A stretch of 62,646 nt of DNA, taken from Octopus bimaculoides. Its lineage: Eukaryota. How positions within the stretch are numbered: position 1 is the first letter of the stretch; the number at the start of each line of letters is the position of its first letter. The translations under genes and the position numbers were made by a program. This document shows positions 24,506 to 37,094 of this stretch, piece by piece. The notes below the pieces were generated by a model. The model made no database searches and had not been told where the DNA came from. It saw only the letters and a program-made list of their open reading frames with translations. Location: contig NC_068993.1 of NCBI RefSeq assembly GCF_001194135.2, positions 63,683,061 to 63,745,706 on the forward strand, in the 5' to 3' direction.

Positions 24506-26189
24506 CATTTAACTATCTTACACACACACACACACACACACACGTTCGTGTGTGGTTCGTGGAGTGTTGTTCTTTTATGTATGAAAGTAAGAATCTCCTA
24601 TAAAAAGCTGAAACATGATCAGAGATAATAATAGTGACTTTCATTAACATTGTTTTATTTGAATATTCATTCTTAACACGTCTAAGCAGGTTCAGGCACA
24701 AAATATGCTGATCGCTGCTGTGTACGTCGCAGGATAACTTCTCACTTACGACAGCAGTGTGCCCAGCACTGCTTCGGCGCAAGGCATTCTGTAGTGTCAG
24801 CCGGAAGCATTTGGGACTCTGAGCCCAAACAAAGTCCCTGGCATTGTTTATAATTCCAGCGGAGAAATTGCTTGCTGATCGGTGGCAAAGTTAACCTTGG
24901 CAGGGTTTGAACCCAGAATACGAAGAACTGTTAGAAGTGTCGCATGGCCTTATTTCCGACGCTATAGCAATTCTGTCCTCTAAGCAATTTTAAGGGGTTT
25001 GTGTTAGTCGATACAATGGAATCCAGAAATTGGTTGGTATCGACCTGGAAAGGATGAAGGGCAAAGTTGATCTCCAGAGAATTAGTAATAAGAGCAAGAA
25101 AAAACCTGAAAAATATTGAAATCGTTTTTTTTTTCATTCGCTTTCACACTTTTGCCAAAACAAAGGATAAATCACCCGAAAACACTCATTATATGTGGAC
25201 AAAATAGTCTTGTTTTTATTTAGATTTTAAGTTTTTTGTTTACATCTAATCACATTTCATATTGAAAATTTTTCTCAGATACGCAGAAAGCAAAATATTA
25301 TAACCGAAACATGACAGAAAAACAGTACAAAAATAAGGTATGACACGAAAAAAGAAGAAAATTATCATTTTAATGAACAAGTAATAAAAGAAAAATATTT
25401 TGAACAGTCTAACAATAACTTTGAAGATCGTGACAACAGCAACAACATCTGCACAGTGACAAACGTTTTTATTTATTCATATAAAACTAGTTTTGGATGT
25501 GTTGTGTCACAAACAGAAGTTTTAGATTTAACACAGTCCCCATCCGAAACAGAGAGAATGATTTTCTAAAATCAGATATTAATGCCTCCTTGTCGCAGGA
25601 TGTAATCTAAGAGAACAATGAATAAGTAAATGAATGAATGAATTAATTAATATCAGTATTTTGAAAAAAAAATGGCAGATCAAAGTGACAGACAATGGCC
25701 AAACACGTCATGTCGCAAACAGGGTTAGAGACACACAGATTGGCGGAAACTATGCAGTGACATCACAATAAATTGTGAAAGTCTTATCCAGAAGACAAAG
25801 GTTTTATCTACCACCGCCAACTCTAAAAATACTAATGATTGACTTTGAATGGTTGAGACAACAGCAGGAACAATGTCCGGTGAATAGGAACATGTAGAGA
25901 TCTAACCCGACCTACCCAGCACTTTTTAACATTCCTCATATCTTATTATCTTTTATTTACATCTAATTGCTTTGTTTTATTATATTTCTGTGTAATTACT
26001 AATTAAATAACTTTACAATTTGTCATCGTGTGTTTAATGTCTCTCATTTCCTCTGTTGTTTCTAGATAACATTTTGCTCCGCTTCACACGTCTTCAGAAT
26101 TTTCTGTTTAACTCTCATCATATTTTGTATTTCTTTCGGCCAAGGTGACTAATAAAGACAACATAATGATGATGATGATGATGATCATC

Positions 26190-26222
<33 letters not shown>

Positions 26223-26224
<2 letters not shown>

Positions 26225-27078
26225 CAAAGATAGACAAAACCAAGTAGATTCCCAATGTAGGTTATGTAAATCAAAAGCGGAAAGTGTTGCTCATATAGTA
26301 AGTGAATGTAGCATGTTGGCACAGCAAGAGTACAAGAAAAGACATGATAACCTAGGGAGAGAAATCCACTAGGAGCTTTGCAGAAAGCTAGGATTTTAAC
26401 ATACTGATAAATGATATGAACATGAACCTAGTAAAGTACTGGAAAGTAAGAAATATAAGATGTTGTGGTATTTCAGACTGACAGAGTAATAGAAGCTAGA
26501 AGGCCTGGTTTAGTAGTAGTAGTAAAGAGAATAGAAAGTGCCAGACGATTGACTTTACAGTACTGGAGTACCGAAAAGTACTGGAGTTGGAGAAATGTGA
26601 GATTTTGTAGAACTTTCCTATTCAAACGGACAAGAAATGAAAAATATTAGGCCAGACATAACAATTATAGATAAGGAAAAGCGAATTCGCTTACTTATCG
26701 ACCCATCATGACCGTTTTTGAGTCCAGGATTGTAAATAAAGAGGAAGAAAGAGAAAAAACAATACAATCCCTTAAAATTTGAAATAGGAAGAATTTGGAG
26801 CATGGGAACAGTAAAGGTCGTGCCTGTAATAATTGGTGCGTTGGGAACAGGAAGCAAAGATATAGACAAAATGGCTGAAGGAGATGGAAATAGAATGCTC
26901 GGCAGAGCTTCTACAGAAAGTTTGTCTCTTAGGGACAGCAAAGATTTTCAGGAGGGTTCTAAGCACTTGAAAGACTGCTGAAAACTTGTAGATACCTAAA
27001 GTTACAGGTAGTAACCCGCTATCAACATAATTCTTACCAGGAATAAGACCGAACCTGAGCAAAACCAAAATAATAATA
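26223..27078 (+). mobile_element. R4/Dong-clade non-LTR element, 3' portion (CCHC finger + restriction-like endonuclease), rearranged
   Basis: CRLC...ESVAHIVSEC...EYKKRHDNLG; QTDRVIEARRP; RPDITIIDKEK; VVPVIIGALG; LQKVCLLGTAKIFRRVL*. Bounded by (ATA)n at 5' and AATAATAATAA at 3'. Confidence 0.88.
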
Positions 27079-27079
27079 A

Positions 27080-27408
27080 ACGCCCGGATGCAATACCAGG
27101 CAGAGGCTCTCATGGCTTCTGATCATAACTAATTGGATGTGTTATCATGTATATATTTTGTCTTGGTATAAAAGATTGGCTACAACAAATATTCTGCTCA
27201 ATATCACAGATTTGTTTGTCAGTTGTTTGATCTTAACCAGTTGAGCATGTCCCTTGGTGGTTTGACTATATGTGCATCTCTGATCACGAGCAGAAGTAGT
27301 GGGGGAGCATCATAGCCATGTGTTGAAAGGAATTCTTTGGAGTTTGAATAATTCACCTCTGGAGGCATGGATATTTCATTCAACATCTTTAAACAGACCT
27401 TATTCAGG
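27080..27408 (+). repeat. Interspersed repeat (family 'D'), class uncertain
   Basis: Recognised as an abundant octopus-type dispersed repeat (GGCTCTCATGGCTTCTGATC...GTTGAGCATGTCCCTT...). Recall only; no second full copy in the window. Confidence 0.45.
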
Positions 27409-27556
27409 AATCTGTCTGTCTGTCTGTCTGTCTATACACACAAGCAAACACACACTCGTCCGCACACATATATTGGTCGTTAAAATGACAAAATTTTTTT
27501 AACTTTCAGTACAAGACAACGAAGTTTCTTTTTCTTGTAATATTTATACCCACCTA

Positions 27557-27592
<36 letters not shown>

Positions 27593-27685
27593 NNNNNNNN
27601 NNNNNNNNNNNNNNNNNNNNNNNNNNNNNNNNNNNNNNNNNNNNNNNNNNNNNNNNNNNNNNNNNNNNNNNNNNNNNNNNNNNCG

Positions 27686-27718
<33 letters not shown>

Positions 27719-28117
27719 GTGCGCGCGCGTGTGTGTGTGTTCGCCTGTAGCTCATACACTCCTGCTTGAGTTATAAATTTATTCTCCGTTTGTATTTTTC
27801 TGACAATGAAAATTCCTCCCTCCATGGTACTTGCCACTCCCTCTTCCACCCGTTTCTCCTCTCACTCTGCCTCTCTCCTTAAACGTGACGCACCCCTCAT
27901 CTCTCCACCCACATTCATTTTCTGCTCATCTCATTGTCACTCTCCCACTATTTGTTCTTCGGCCGTCTCATATCTCCTACGCTCTTTCTCCTTACTGTGA
28001 CATCGAATAAGTATGCAAAAGCTATCCCCCTCTCTCTCTTTCTATATACATCTATATATGTATGTATGTATGTATGTATGTACCCCAAAAGGTATCAATA
28101 AGGGCTTGTTTATTTAT

Positions 28118-28201
28118 GCATCCTTGACTTACAGTTGTTTCTGATATACATTATAGGTGCTTTCATGGTTAATATCGGAAACAGCTGTAAGTCAAAGTTG
28201 C
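28118..28201. ncRNA. Pre-miRNA-like hairpin candidate
   Basis: 24-bp stem 28124-28147 / 28172-28195; on the + strand both mismatches are G.U wobbles. 24-nt loop; lower GCA/TGC pairing. Confidence 0.3.
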
Positions 28202-28444
28202 ACAAGTAAAGAAATATGTAAAGTCCATTATTATTTATGCCTTTTCTTGTATATCCCGCTGTGTAAAAGATCAGCTTAACTAGGGAATGCCACCATGGCT
28301 TAGCGAAATTGACTTGTAATGGATGTTAACTTCATCCCTTGCCTTAGGATTACCTACAGTTCTATACCAATCTGAAACCATTTTGTTAGCCTGGTATATC
28401 TATGGATAATCTCTTATTTGTAACACTTTATTCTGATGCGTATA

Positions 28445-28492
<48 letters not shown>

Positions 28493-29185
28493 CTCACACG
28501 CGTGTGTGTAGACATGTAGTGTATCCGTGGTTATGGTTGGTTAGAAAGTCGCTGGACGTGTCATTAACAATCGCAAGGAAGAGCGAAATCACGTGATTGG
28601 TTGTTTCGGCGGCCGTGCTGAACGATTATCGTCCGTTATCGATATAAACACGAGTGCTTTTATGCACCACGAGTTCATATGAGAGGACCTCGCATGACCA
28701 ACAATGCAGTTTTTTGTGGGAGATAACGATTACCTTTTAGTATTAATACTGCTTCTTTCGCTATTAATTGTATGTATGTATGTATGTATGTATGTATGTA
28801 TGTACGAACGTATGTGTGTATTTATGTATTCATGTATGTATGCATGCATGTACGTAGTACGCATGTATGTATGTACGAACGTACGTACATATGTATATAT
28901 GTATGTACGAATGTATGTACGTAGGTACGTACATATGTATGTATGTATGTATGTATAATTCTTACATGCTTTTATTTTTATTATTATTGAAATTATAATT
29001 TACTCTCTGATCGAAAACTGCAGTTTCTGCGAGATTGCTCGTAACACACACGCGGGTATCGAGGATAAATATGTGTTCACATTCGGCTGTATATTTTTGG
29101 AAGTGTTCGCTGAATATCGGTTATGCGATGACGCTTGATCGCGTACATATTTAATCCTAACACTCTCAAATTTATATTTCGAAAT

Positions 29186-29253
29186 GCTGCACTGAAGATG
29201 AGAAATAAGTAAATAAATATGACTTTACTTTCATCTCGAAACGTGTATGTAGC
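29186..29253 (+). ncRNA. Type-I hammerhead ribozyme motif
   Basis: GCTGCA-CTGAAGA-T-GAGA..AAGTAAA..TTTACTT..TCTC-GAAAC-GT-GTA-TGTAGC. 6-bp stem I (GCUGCA/UGUAGC), intact core, minimal stem III, predicted cleavage after A29247. Confidence 0.7.
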
Positions 29254-29399
29254 TAATCTGAGCCGAGTGGATTCGTTATTTTTTCTTTTTGCCTACGTAA
29301 AAAAGTGTGTTACTGTTCTTTTATGGCAGTTGAAAATGCATTTAGCTCCTATTTCTAGATCAGTGAGTGGCAAAGCAATTAGCTAACCCCTGATTATAA

Positions 29400-30400
29400 T
29401 TATCTTATATAATTATAGAATATTTATATTACATGCCGTATATTTTCGTCGGTAATTTCTTTAACGATGTGTCTTGCAAGTGCCTCTTGTTATAAATGCA
29501 TAGTGATCTGATGCGAGAGTGTTGGAAATGTATGTCTGGTATAACAGTTCTAATCACGAAGTTTACAACTTCCACATTTCGAATGAAATTTATTGCTCAC
29601 TATGTCATTTTAGTTTTTTGCATGATCACATGATCACATGTTGGCAGTAATTTATAGGAAGGCTTGGAACTTTTGTGTTTTTCTAAGGTATTTATTCGTA
29701 TAAGTCTATGGTTGAGTGACGTTTTCTATTGCTAAAGATACTTTCAAAAACGTGTCGATGTATTTCACAGTTTATTATGCATTCGATTCATAAAATCTTT
29801 ATTTGTGTTTTTTTTTAATTTGTAGTAGGTGTGGCATCAAATCTATTTGCTGTCTCGCATTTGTATTTATACTGCTGAATGGCTTAAGCTGTTCTTTAGA
29901 ATCCCATTGTAGACTAATATTTAATACATCGCATAAATTTCTTGATGTAGGACTTTATCGAGGAGGATCTAAATACTCATCTAATCGGGGATTTTACCAC
30001 TGATAGTTTACATCTTCCTGGGTATTCATTGTCTCTCAGTAAGTACAAATATTTTATTTGTATCTTTGGTATAAATGGACGTGATGGGTCTGGTGTTATC
30101 TGGGTGAAGGTATCTAAAAGTGATGTCGATTTTTTTAAAATTAAGTATTTTATTAATATTGCTTTGGTTGTTGACTTTTAGTGCCGAGTTATATTCCAGG
30201 TTCTTTAGTGTCGTAGTCTCTTCTTCTGCAGCTATTACGATGAGTATATCGTTCACATATTTGGTGTAAGCCGATCACTGTAGTACTTGTGTACCACTGA
30301 CAACGCGTTCATCTTCCAGTAACAGCATAAATCCGTAATATCCTCGAACTATACTTTGATTCTAAGGGAGTTTAGCCGATATTGAGATTATTTGGTCGGG
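29400..30400 (-). mobile_element. Decayed Penelope-like element (RT and possible GIY-YIG remnant)
   Basis: YTKYVNDILIV (YVDD-like motif) and IDITF...SIYTKDTN (FLD...SxYxKPT thumb). Weaker C-terminal remnant TLSHQITMH. Confidence 0.55.
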
Positions 30401-30621
30401 GATACATTATGTGACATCGTTCAGGAAGAAAAGCCTCCAATTAAAACTGGGTGGCCATGTCTATGTAAATGTGTAACTATTTAGCTTCTGTCAAGATTTT
30501 GATGAACTTTTATCAACTGTAAAAACGCTCTTGTTGTTTGTTCATTCCACCCAGCTGTAAATGGCAAAACCCCACAACCGACCGGCGGGAGGTATCAGCG
30601 GGATTGTTGTGACCTCGGTCA

Positions 30622-30657
<36 letters not shown>

Positions 30658-31155
30658 CACCGTCGTAAAAAGGGTAAGCAGCCCAGAGAATCACTGTAGG
30701 ACTTAAAGGACATTACACCCCCCCACCTAAATTCCTCCTTTCCGAAAAATGCTTCCATCTTCGTTCACTCTTATTTCTCTAATTCTAATTAAAGAGAAAT
30801 AATTATTTAAATAATTAAATTTAACCAATCTATTCATATCTGAGAGGAATTTGCTTTTCCATGGTGAAACTTATTGAACTCTCTTCTGAATTGTGTGCGC
30901 GCGCGTGTACTCGTATGTGTGTGTATATGTGTGCATGTGTATGTGTGTGTGCATGTGAGTGTGTGTGTATATATATATATATAGGTGTGTGTGTATGCAA
31001 GAATGTGTGTATATATATATATATATGCATGTATGTGTGCGTATATGTCTATGTGCATATATATATATATATATGGTGTATGTATGAGTATGTATGTATA
31101 TATATGTGTGTGTATATGTGTTTATATCTATGTGAGTATGTGTCTATATGTATAC

Positions 31156-31198
<43 letters not shown>

Positions 31199-31517
31199 TG
31201 TGTGTTCCATTCATCGTTAAAACCGGACGTTGTTCTCTCGTACGATATTTTATTTCTTCACTTCTCGTATTTCATTATTAATTTCTTTCTTGTTACATAA
31301 CCTAACCTCTTCTCAGGCTCTCCCACTCAATCTCACTGTCTATCTACCTATATGTATGTATGTATATATGTATGTATATGTATGTATATATATATACATA
31401 CGCAGATACATATATATGTGTGTGTGTGTGTGTGTGTGTATTCCCACCCCCTTTCTATTTTCTTAATAGTAACTTAACATTCCCAAGCAACACCTGCAGA
31501 AACCGATATCGTAAATC

Positions 31518-31561
<44 letters not shown>

Positions 31562-31571
31562 NNNNNNNNNN

Positions 31572-31613
<42 letters not shown>

Positions 31614-31798
31614 TTGTTGATACTTTTGTTTTGTTGCTGTTACGATTGTTAGATGGTCGAGTCCCCAAATCCGGTCACACGGGTCTGTGATCATAAATAT
31701 ACTCACCATATTCTCCTGACCTTTCATCATTAAGTCTGACAAGATATAATTTGAAAGAATTTGGCTGCCATTTTGGCAGAATAAGCGACCGTATAGAG

Positions 31799-31955
31799 TA
31801 GACCTGTACAAACTGGGGCCCGCGGCACTTTCTAAATGGCACGCCTAATTTCACGGGGACAATAACAGTTATTGAAATGCTTTTTGTCGTGTGGCCGTCT
31901 GGTGATTAGCTATATCTCATCCGACCCGCTTCTCCAGAAAGGTTGCCCAAATCTA
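31799..31955 (+). mobile_element. hAT-like MITE remnant
   Basis: Left end TAGACCTGTACAAACTGGGGCCCGCGG and right-end-like AAAGGTTGCCCA resemble recalled hAT/Charlie subterminal motifs. Confidence 0.4.
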
Positions 31956-32307
31956 ATAATAGAGTCTCCCATATTGATTCATGTTGTTGTTGTTGATGAT
32001 GTTGGCCAATCCTAGCCAACTCTGTTAAAGAAGATCTCTGGCAAGGGAGGTAATCAATTTTTTGATCCATTCAGTCGATGTTTCAAGACTTGACTCTTCT
32101 GCCTTTATTGCAGACCGTAATGATAAAATCGACTTTAAAATTTAAGATGCAAACATCAATGGTTCTGCTTCCCAAAACGGTAAACTATTTTGCTGTGAGA
32201 TTGATTCGTTCAATGGAATGCCGACGACATGGCATTCCCATTGTCAGCTGATGGCTGTCTGCAAGCATAGTGACAAGAATGGTCACTTTTCATATGGGAT
32301 TTGGATT

Positions 32308-32614
32308 ATACAGTTCTATATTTAAGAGATGAGGAATTATGTACATTATTTACATTTGACGGATATTTGTCCTCATCTTGTTTGTTGTTAACACAACGTT
32401 TCGGCTGATATACCCTCCAGCCTTCATCAGGTGTCTTGGGGAAATTTCGAACCTGGGTTCTCATTCCTAAGGTATTTTTCGAATAACAACAACAACATCG
32501 AAAAATACCTTATGAATGAAAATCCAGGTTCGAAATTTCCCCAAGACAGGCTGGAGGGTATATCAGCCGAAACGTTGTGTTAGCAACAAACAAGATGAGG
32601 ACAAATGTAAATAA
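32308..32614. mobile_element. Fold-back of a Penelope-type terminal repeat
   Basis: 32347-32482 is the reverse complement of 32498-32614 apart from two 9-nt deletions and a few substitutions. Loop ATAACAACAACAACA. Confidence 0.8.
32390..32435 (-). ncRNA. Minimal type-I hammerhead ribozyme motif
   Basis: Minus strand GACAC-CTGATGA-A-GGCTG-GAGGGTATAT-CAGCC-GAAAC-GTT-GTGTT. 5-bp stems I and II; palindromic AACGTT stem III. Confidence 0.7.
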
Positions 32615-32657
32615 GGGATTTGGATTGTTCTAGATATGTAAGGATAGTCACATGAAT

Positions 32658-32719
<62 letters not shown>

Positions 32720-32806
32720 ACTTATTTGTGTTGGTTAACAAGGCTACAATTGGTTTTATGCAAAGAGGAATCGCTTAACAATGATGAAGCCTGCCACACG
32801 GGAACG

Positions 32807-33378
32807 GGATCTTTTTTAAAACGGGGGCCACATTTTTCATTAACGAAACACTTTGAAACTTGGAACACTGGTAGAATGTGTCATATAAAACATCTTTTTC
32901 TCTTAGTCTTCTTAAAAAAAAAAGAAATCCATAAATTATTCCATGTTAAAGTTGTCGTATTTCTGTAATTTCAACCAATCACTGACGTCCATTCAGCCGA
33001 TATACATTAAGTGCCGACTACATAAACAAACGATTCTGAAACAATTAACCCTAACCCTAACCCTAGGGTTAGAGTTAGAGTTAGGCTTAGGCTTAGGCTT
33101 AGGGTTAAAGCAAATTTAAAATGAAAAAAGTAAATAAAACGAATAATCGTTTGTTTATGTAGTCGGCACTTAATGTATATCGGCTGAATGGACATCAGTG
33201 ATTGGTTAAAATTATCGAAATAAGACAATTTTTTACATGAAATAAATTCGAATACAAAAATATTTTTCTGTTCTATAACACAAAATAGATAAGTATACGA
33301 AGTTTGAAAGTCTTTCGGTACCAAAAACACTACGTAAAACATTAATGAAAAATGTGGCCCCCGTTTTAAAAAAGATCC
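32807..33378. mobile_element. Non-autonomous DNA transposon (MITE) with GG termini and 8-bp TSD, possibly Merlin-like
   Basis: TIR GGATCTTTTTTAAAACGGGGGCCACATTTTTCATTAA at both ends. Direct repeat CGGGAACG at 32799-32806 and 33379-33386. Second internal IR ~32970-33037 / ~33141-33211. Confidence 0.85.
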
Positions 33379-34180
33379 CGGGAACGTTGCTTCTCGTCTC
33401 CGTTTCACTGTTCGATATTGAAGTGTTTCTATACATACATACATACATACATACATGCATACACTAGAATTGAAAAATGCGCACGCTCAAAGGGTTACAG
33501 AATGTCATAATAAATCTTAAGTATGGGATAAGCATTGTTGCTCAAAAATATTGGAATCCCTTTATGATGTCCATTCTGTGGCATCCTTTCATCACAAGAA
33601 ATTTGTTTAGCTCATGGAAATTAAGTTATATTAAAAATTGATTAAGTTAAATTATCCTATACTCAATTTTAACAAAAGAATTGTGTACAAACACTAATGT
33701 CATCTTTACGCAATCATTCAATAGCATTGTTGCTCCGAAATATTGGAATCACCATATCCTGTACATTCTGTGGCATCTTAAAATGAAAAGAGACTCGGGT
33801 GTGAATTACAATGTCACAATAATTATTCAACCGAGTTCTTAATATAAAAATTTGAAAATGTACGAAATATGATCTTCAACTTGGAATAAGTTAATTCATT
33901 ATGATACTCTTCATACCAAAGTATATGAAAAACATATTTCCCATTGCATGCAAATTACCATGATAGTAAAAGAAAATGGATTTAGGATGAAGCCGAATCT
34001 ATATAACAGCGAAAGTACGAAACCGAAATAATTATAAGCAAAGATAATTCGCATTGTGATACACATGTTAATGGAATAGTTATCCGAATTAAACAAGTTA
34101 TTACTAAATTATTTTTGATTGATTACTTGTAAATTTATAAAAAATGTCATTCATAGATCGAATGCACACGTATATGTACG

Positions 34181-34224
<44 letters not shown>

Positions 34225-34730
34225 TGTACGAATGTATATAATGTATGTATGTAACCGTACTGGAAAAAAAAGAATTTGATATTTCTAAAATCAAGCAAAT
34301 CGTTACAAATCTCTGCCGTAATTATTATCCCCGCCTCCCAATTCTTTATTAATTAAAAGACGGTGACTTTGCCCCTTCATGTCTGCTCGTCAATAACAGC
34401 GTTTGTTGCATCGGCAGAGTTCTTGGAAGAACAACTTTAAGCAAGGCAGAAACGTAAAACCGCCTCTGCCATTCACTCAGTCTATGTGGGTCTATCGNNN
34501 NNNNNNNNNNNNNNNNNNNNNNNNNNNNNNNNNNNNNNNNNNNNNNNNNNNNNNNNNNNNNNNNNNNNNNNNNNNNNNNNNNNNNNNNNNNNNTATATAT
34601 ATATATATATGTCTGTCTGTCTGTCTGTGTCCGTCTGTCTCTCTCTCTACCTCTCTACTTCTCTCTATATGTCTATCTTGTACTGAAAATGAAATTATAT
34701 GAAAAAGTAGTGTATCCAATATGATCGTAG

Positions 34731-34777
<47 letters not shown>

Positions 34778-35721
34778 AACACACACATACACACACACAG
34801 ACATATAATATATTAGATTAGTCAATGTATAAACTAAGACATCGTTACTAATAGTTTCATGACGTGATTGACTGGCTTTTCTTTAAGTCACACACACAAA
34901 TAGCATTCTACATTTAAAATGTACTTAAAGACATAAAGTAAAATGCGTTTAAAATATTTAATGTTGTGAGATTTACTTCTGTAGTGTCGCGGAGATAATA
35001 ATGTATGGTGTTGTCACCATAATTTATGGAAGGAATAGTTAAATTACTGTTAGATGCTAATGAAAAATGCATTATGTATTGAAGCTCGTGGGAAGCCAAA
35101 TCATAAAGCCTCTTTCTTTGTATTATATGTGTGTGTGTGTGTTTATAATTGTTGTCGTGCTTAGTCACGTGTAATGTGCATGGCGAATTACAAAACTCGA
35201 AAGAAAAAAAAGGAAGGAGTGTGCTTTATTTCAACGACCCAGGAAAGATTAAAGGCAAATTTGAACTTAGCGGAATTTGAACTCAGTACGTAAAGAGTCG
35301 CAACAAACATTTTGCTTATCCATCGTTTTTTCTTGTAGTAATAAGGATTTCTAACACAGCGATAAGCCCTGCATTTCAAGAGGTTACTATAACAATTTTT
35401 CGACTTCACAAGCAGGGTTTCAACATATATGTGAAGCGACGTAATCAGACACAGTATGATATAATAATTCGCGCACACACATATATACGCACACGCACAC
35501 ACGCAGGCACACACACACACGCAGACACACACACACGCAGGCACACACAATGTGAAAATGTAACGCGGAGAATTTACAGAAAAACCTCAAAACTCACACA
35601 ACGGATGCAGATCTAAGCTCAACCTCAGATCAGTTGTGGGACCAAACATCATCACAATTTCGACACCTACCAATACACACACATACATACATACATCTTA
35701 TATATAAATGTGTGTGTGTTA

Positions 35722-35771
<50 letters not shown>

Positions 35772-36669
35772 NNNNNNNNNNNNNNNNNNNNNNNNNNNNN
35801 NNNNNNNNNNNNNNNNNNNNNNNNGTTGACTTATTTAGTCCCTCTAAGCGTGAGGCATTACTATATAGTTAATGCCCTTATATAAATTTATATATATGAT
35901 AATATAGATTTAATCAAAAGATTAAATATGGTACTTAAAATGTTTGAGGCACCAGAATTTGGTAGGGTAAAAACCAAAAACAAAATCAAAAGATTTGGTG
36001 AATAAAATTTGAAGAAAAGCAACAAAAATTCAATAGGTTATAGCAGTACGTACGTTTCGTACAAGCTCCATTTATTCATGTAGTGAGATCACTACATAGA
36101 ATGTACAATGAAAATGTACTCCTCAGCTGCATAATGGAATTTCATTTTAGAAAGTCATTTTGTAGATGTGTGCAAAAAACAAGAGTAAGAGAAGAAAACA
36201 TATCATCTTGACTATGCTGCCGTTCAACAGTCTAGTTGTCTGTCTATCTATCTGTCTATCTGTTCATGTGTGTCTGTCCGTCTGTCTATCTATCTGTCTA
36301 TCTATCTGTCGGTCGGTCTGTCTGTCTGTGTCTGGCTTCTGTTTGTCTGTATACTAGTTTAGCGGTGGTTCTAGGAATGGGGAAAATGATATAAGTGAAT
36401 GTTGAAATAAATAAGCTTACTATATTTCCTGTATTAATATACTTTTCTAACGACAGGAAAATTGAGACCTCATTTGAAGCAGGAATCAAAAATATGGTTA
36501 TTCATCACCATTTGTCTGTAGAATTATTATTTGCCTGTTGGCTGCCGGAAATGGTTCCTGTCAATGCGATAGAATAATTGTAGTGATCAAAAGGCATTGC
36601 TTTCATCTCTACCGAGCAAAAACCTCACCAAACGCCGTAGTCAGCTCTGACAAGGAGGCCTTTACGTAG

Positions 36670-36800
36670 TCGCTTCAGCTATTAGAAATAGCAACCAAAT
36701 CTCCACCAAAGTATAACCCTTATCGTTTTAGAAAAGATCAAATTGGATGATGTAGACCTCGTTTCCTGCATGAAGGAAAATGATAGAACATAAGTCTGTG
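36670..36800 (+). repeat. Dispersed SINE-like family 'C'
   Basis: Motif (TTGAC)CTGCTAGAAATAGCAGCCAAATCTCCCTCAAATCAC recurs near 7480, 13490(-), 21920(-), 31750(-), 40310, 43760, 45345, 47480, 48220(-), 49965, 51620(-) and 57790. Confidence 0.7.
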
Positions 36801-37033
36801 TGGTCAGGATTGACCCAGGATTTGGAAACAATTTGTCCAATAAAAACAATGTGTGTGTCTATCTATCTTATCGAACATACTGATTGTAAGCCAGTGGGAT
36901 GCGATGGCGCAGTGGGGATTACTCCCTCAAAATGTCGGGTGTTGAAACACCTGAATGGTCATGGATAAGCGAGGCAACTCGCCCCAAACCACATTGAGGA
37001 ACGATGAACATCGATGTTTCGCCATTTTTGTGG

Positions 37034-37094
<61 letters not shown>

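Noticed and set aside
24750-24818. Minus-strand 69-nt exon candidate (SPKCFRLTLQNALRRSSAGHTAV) with GTAAGT donor
   Set aside because: Weak acceptor, no homology; at the noise level expected in 63 kb.
36040-36095. Minus-strand GAAACGTACGTA hammerhead-like 3' half
   Set aside because: No CUGANGA core or stem I upstream; at best a dead remnant.
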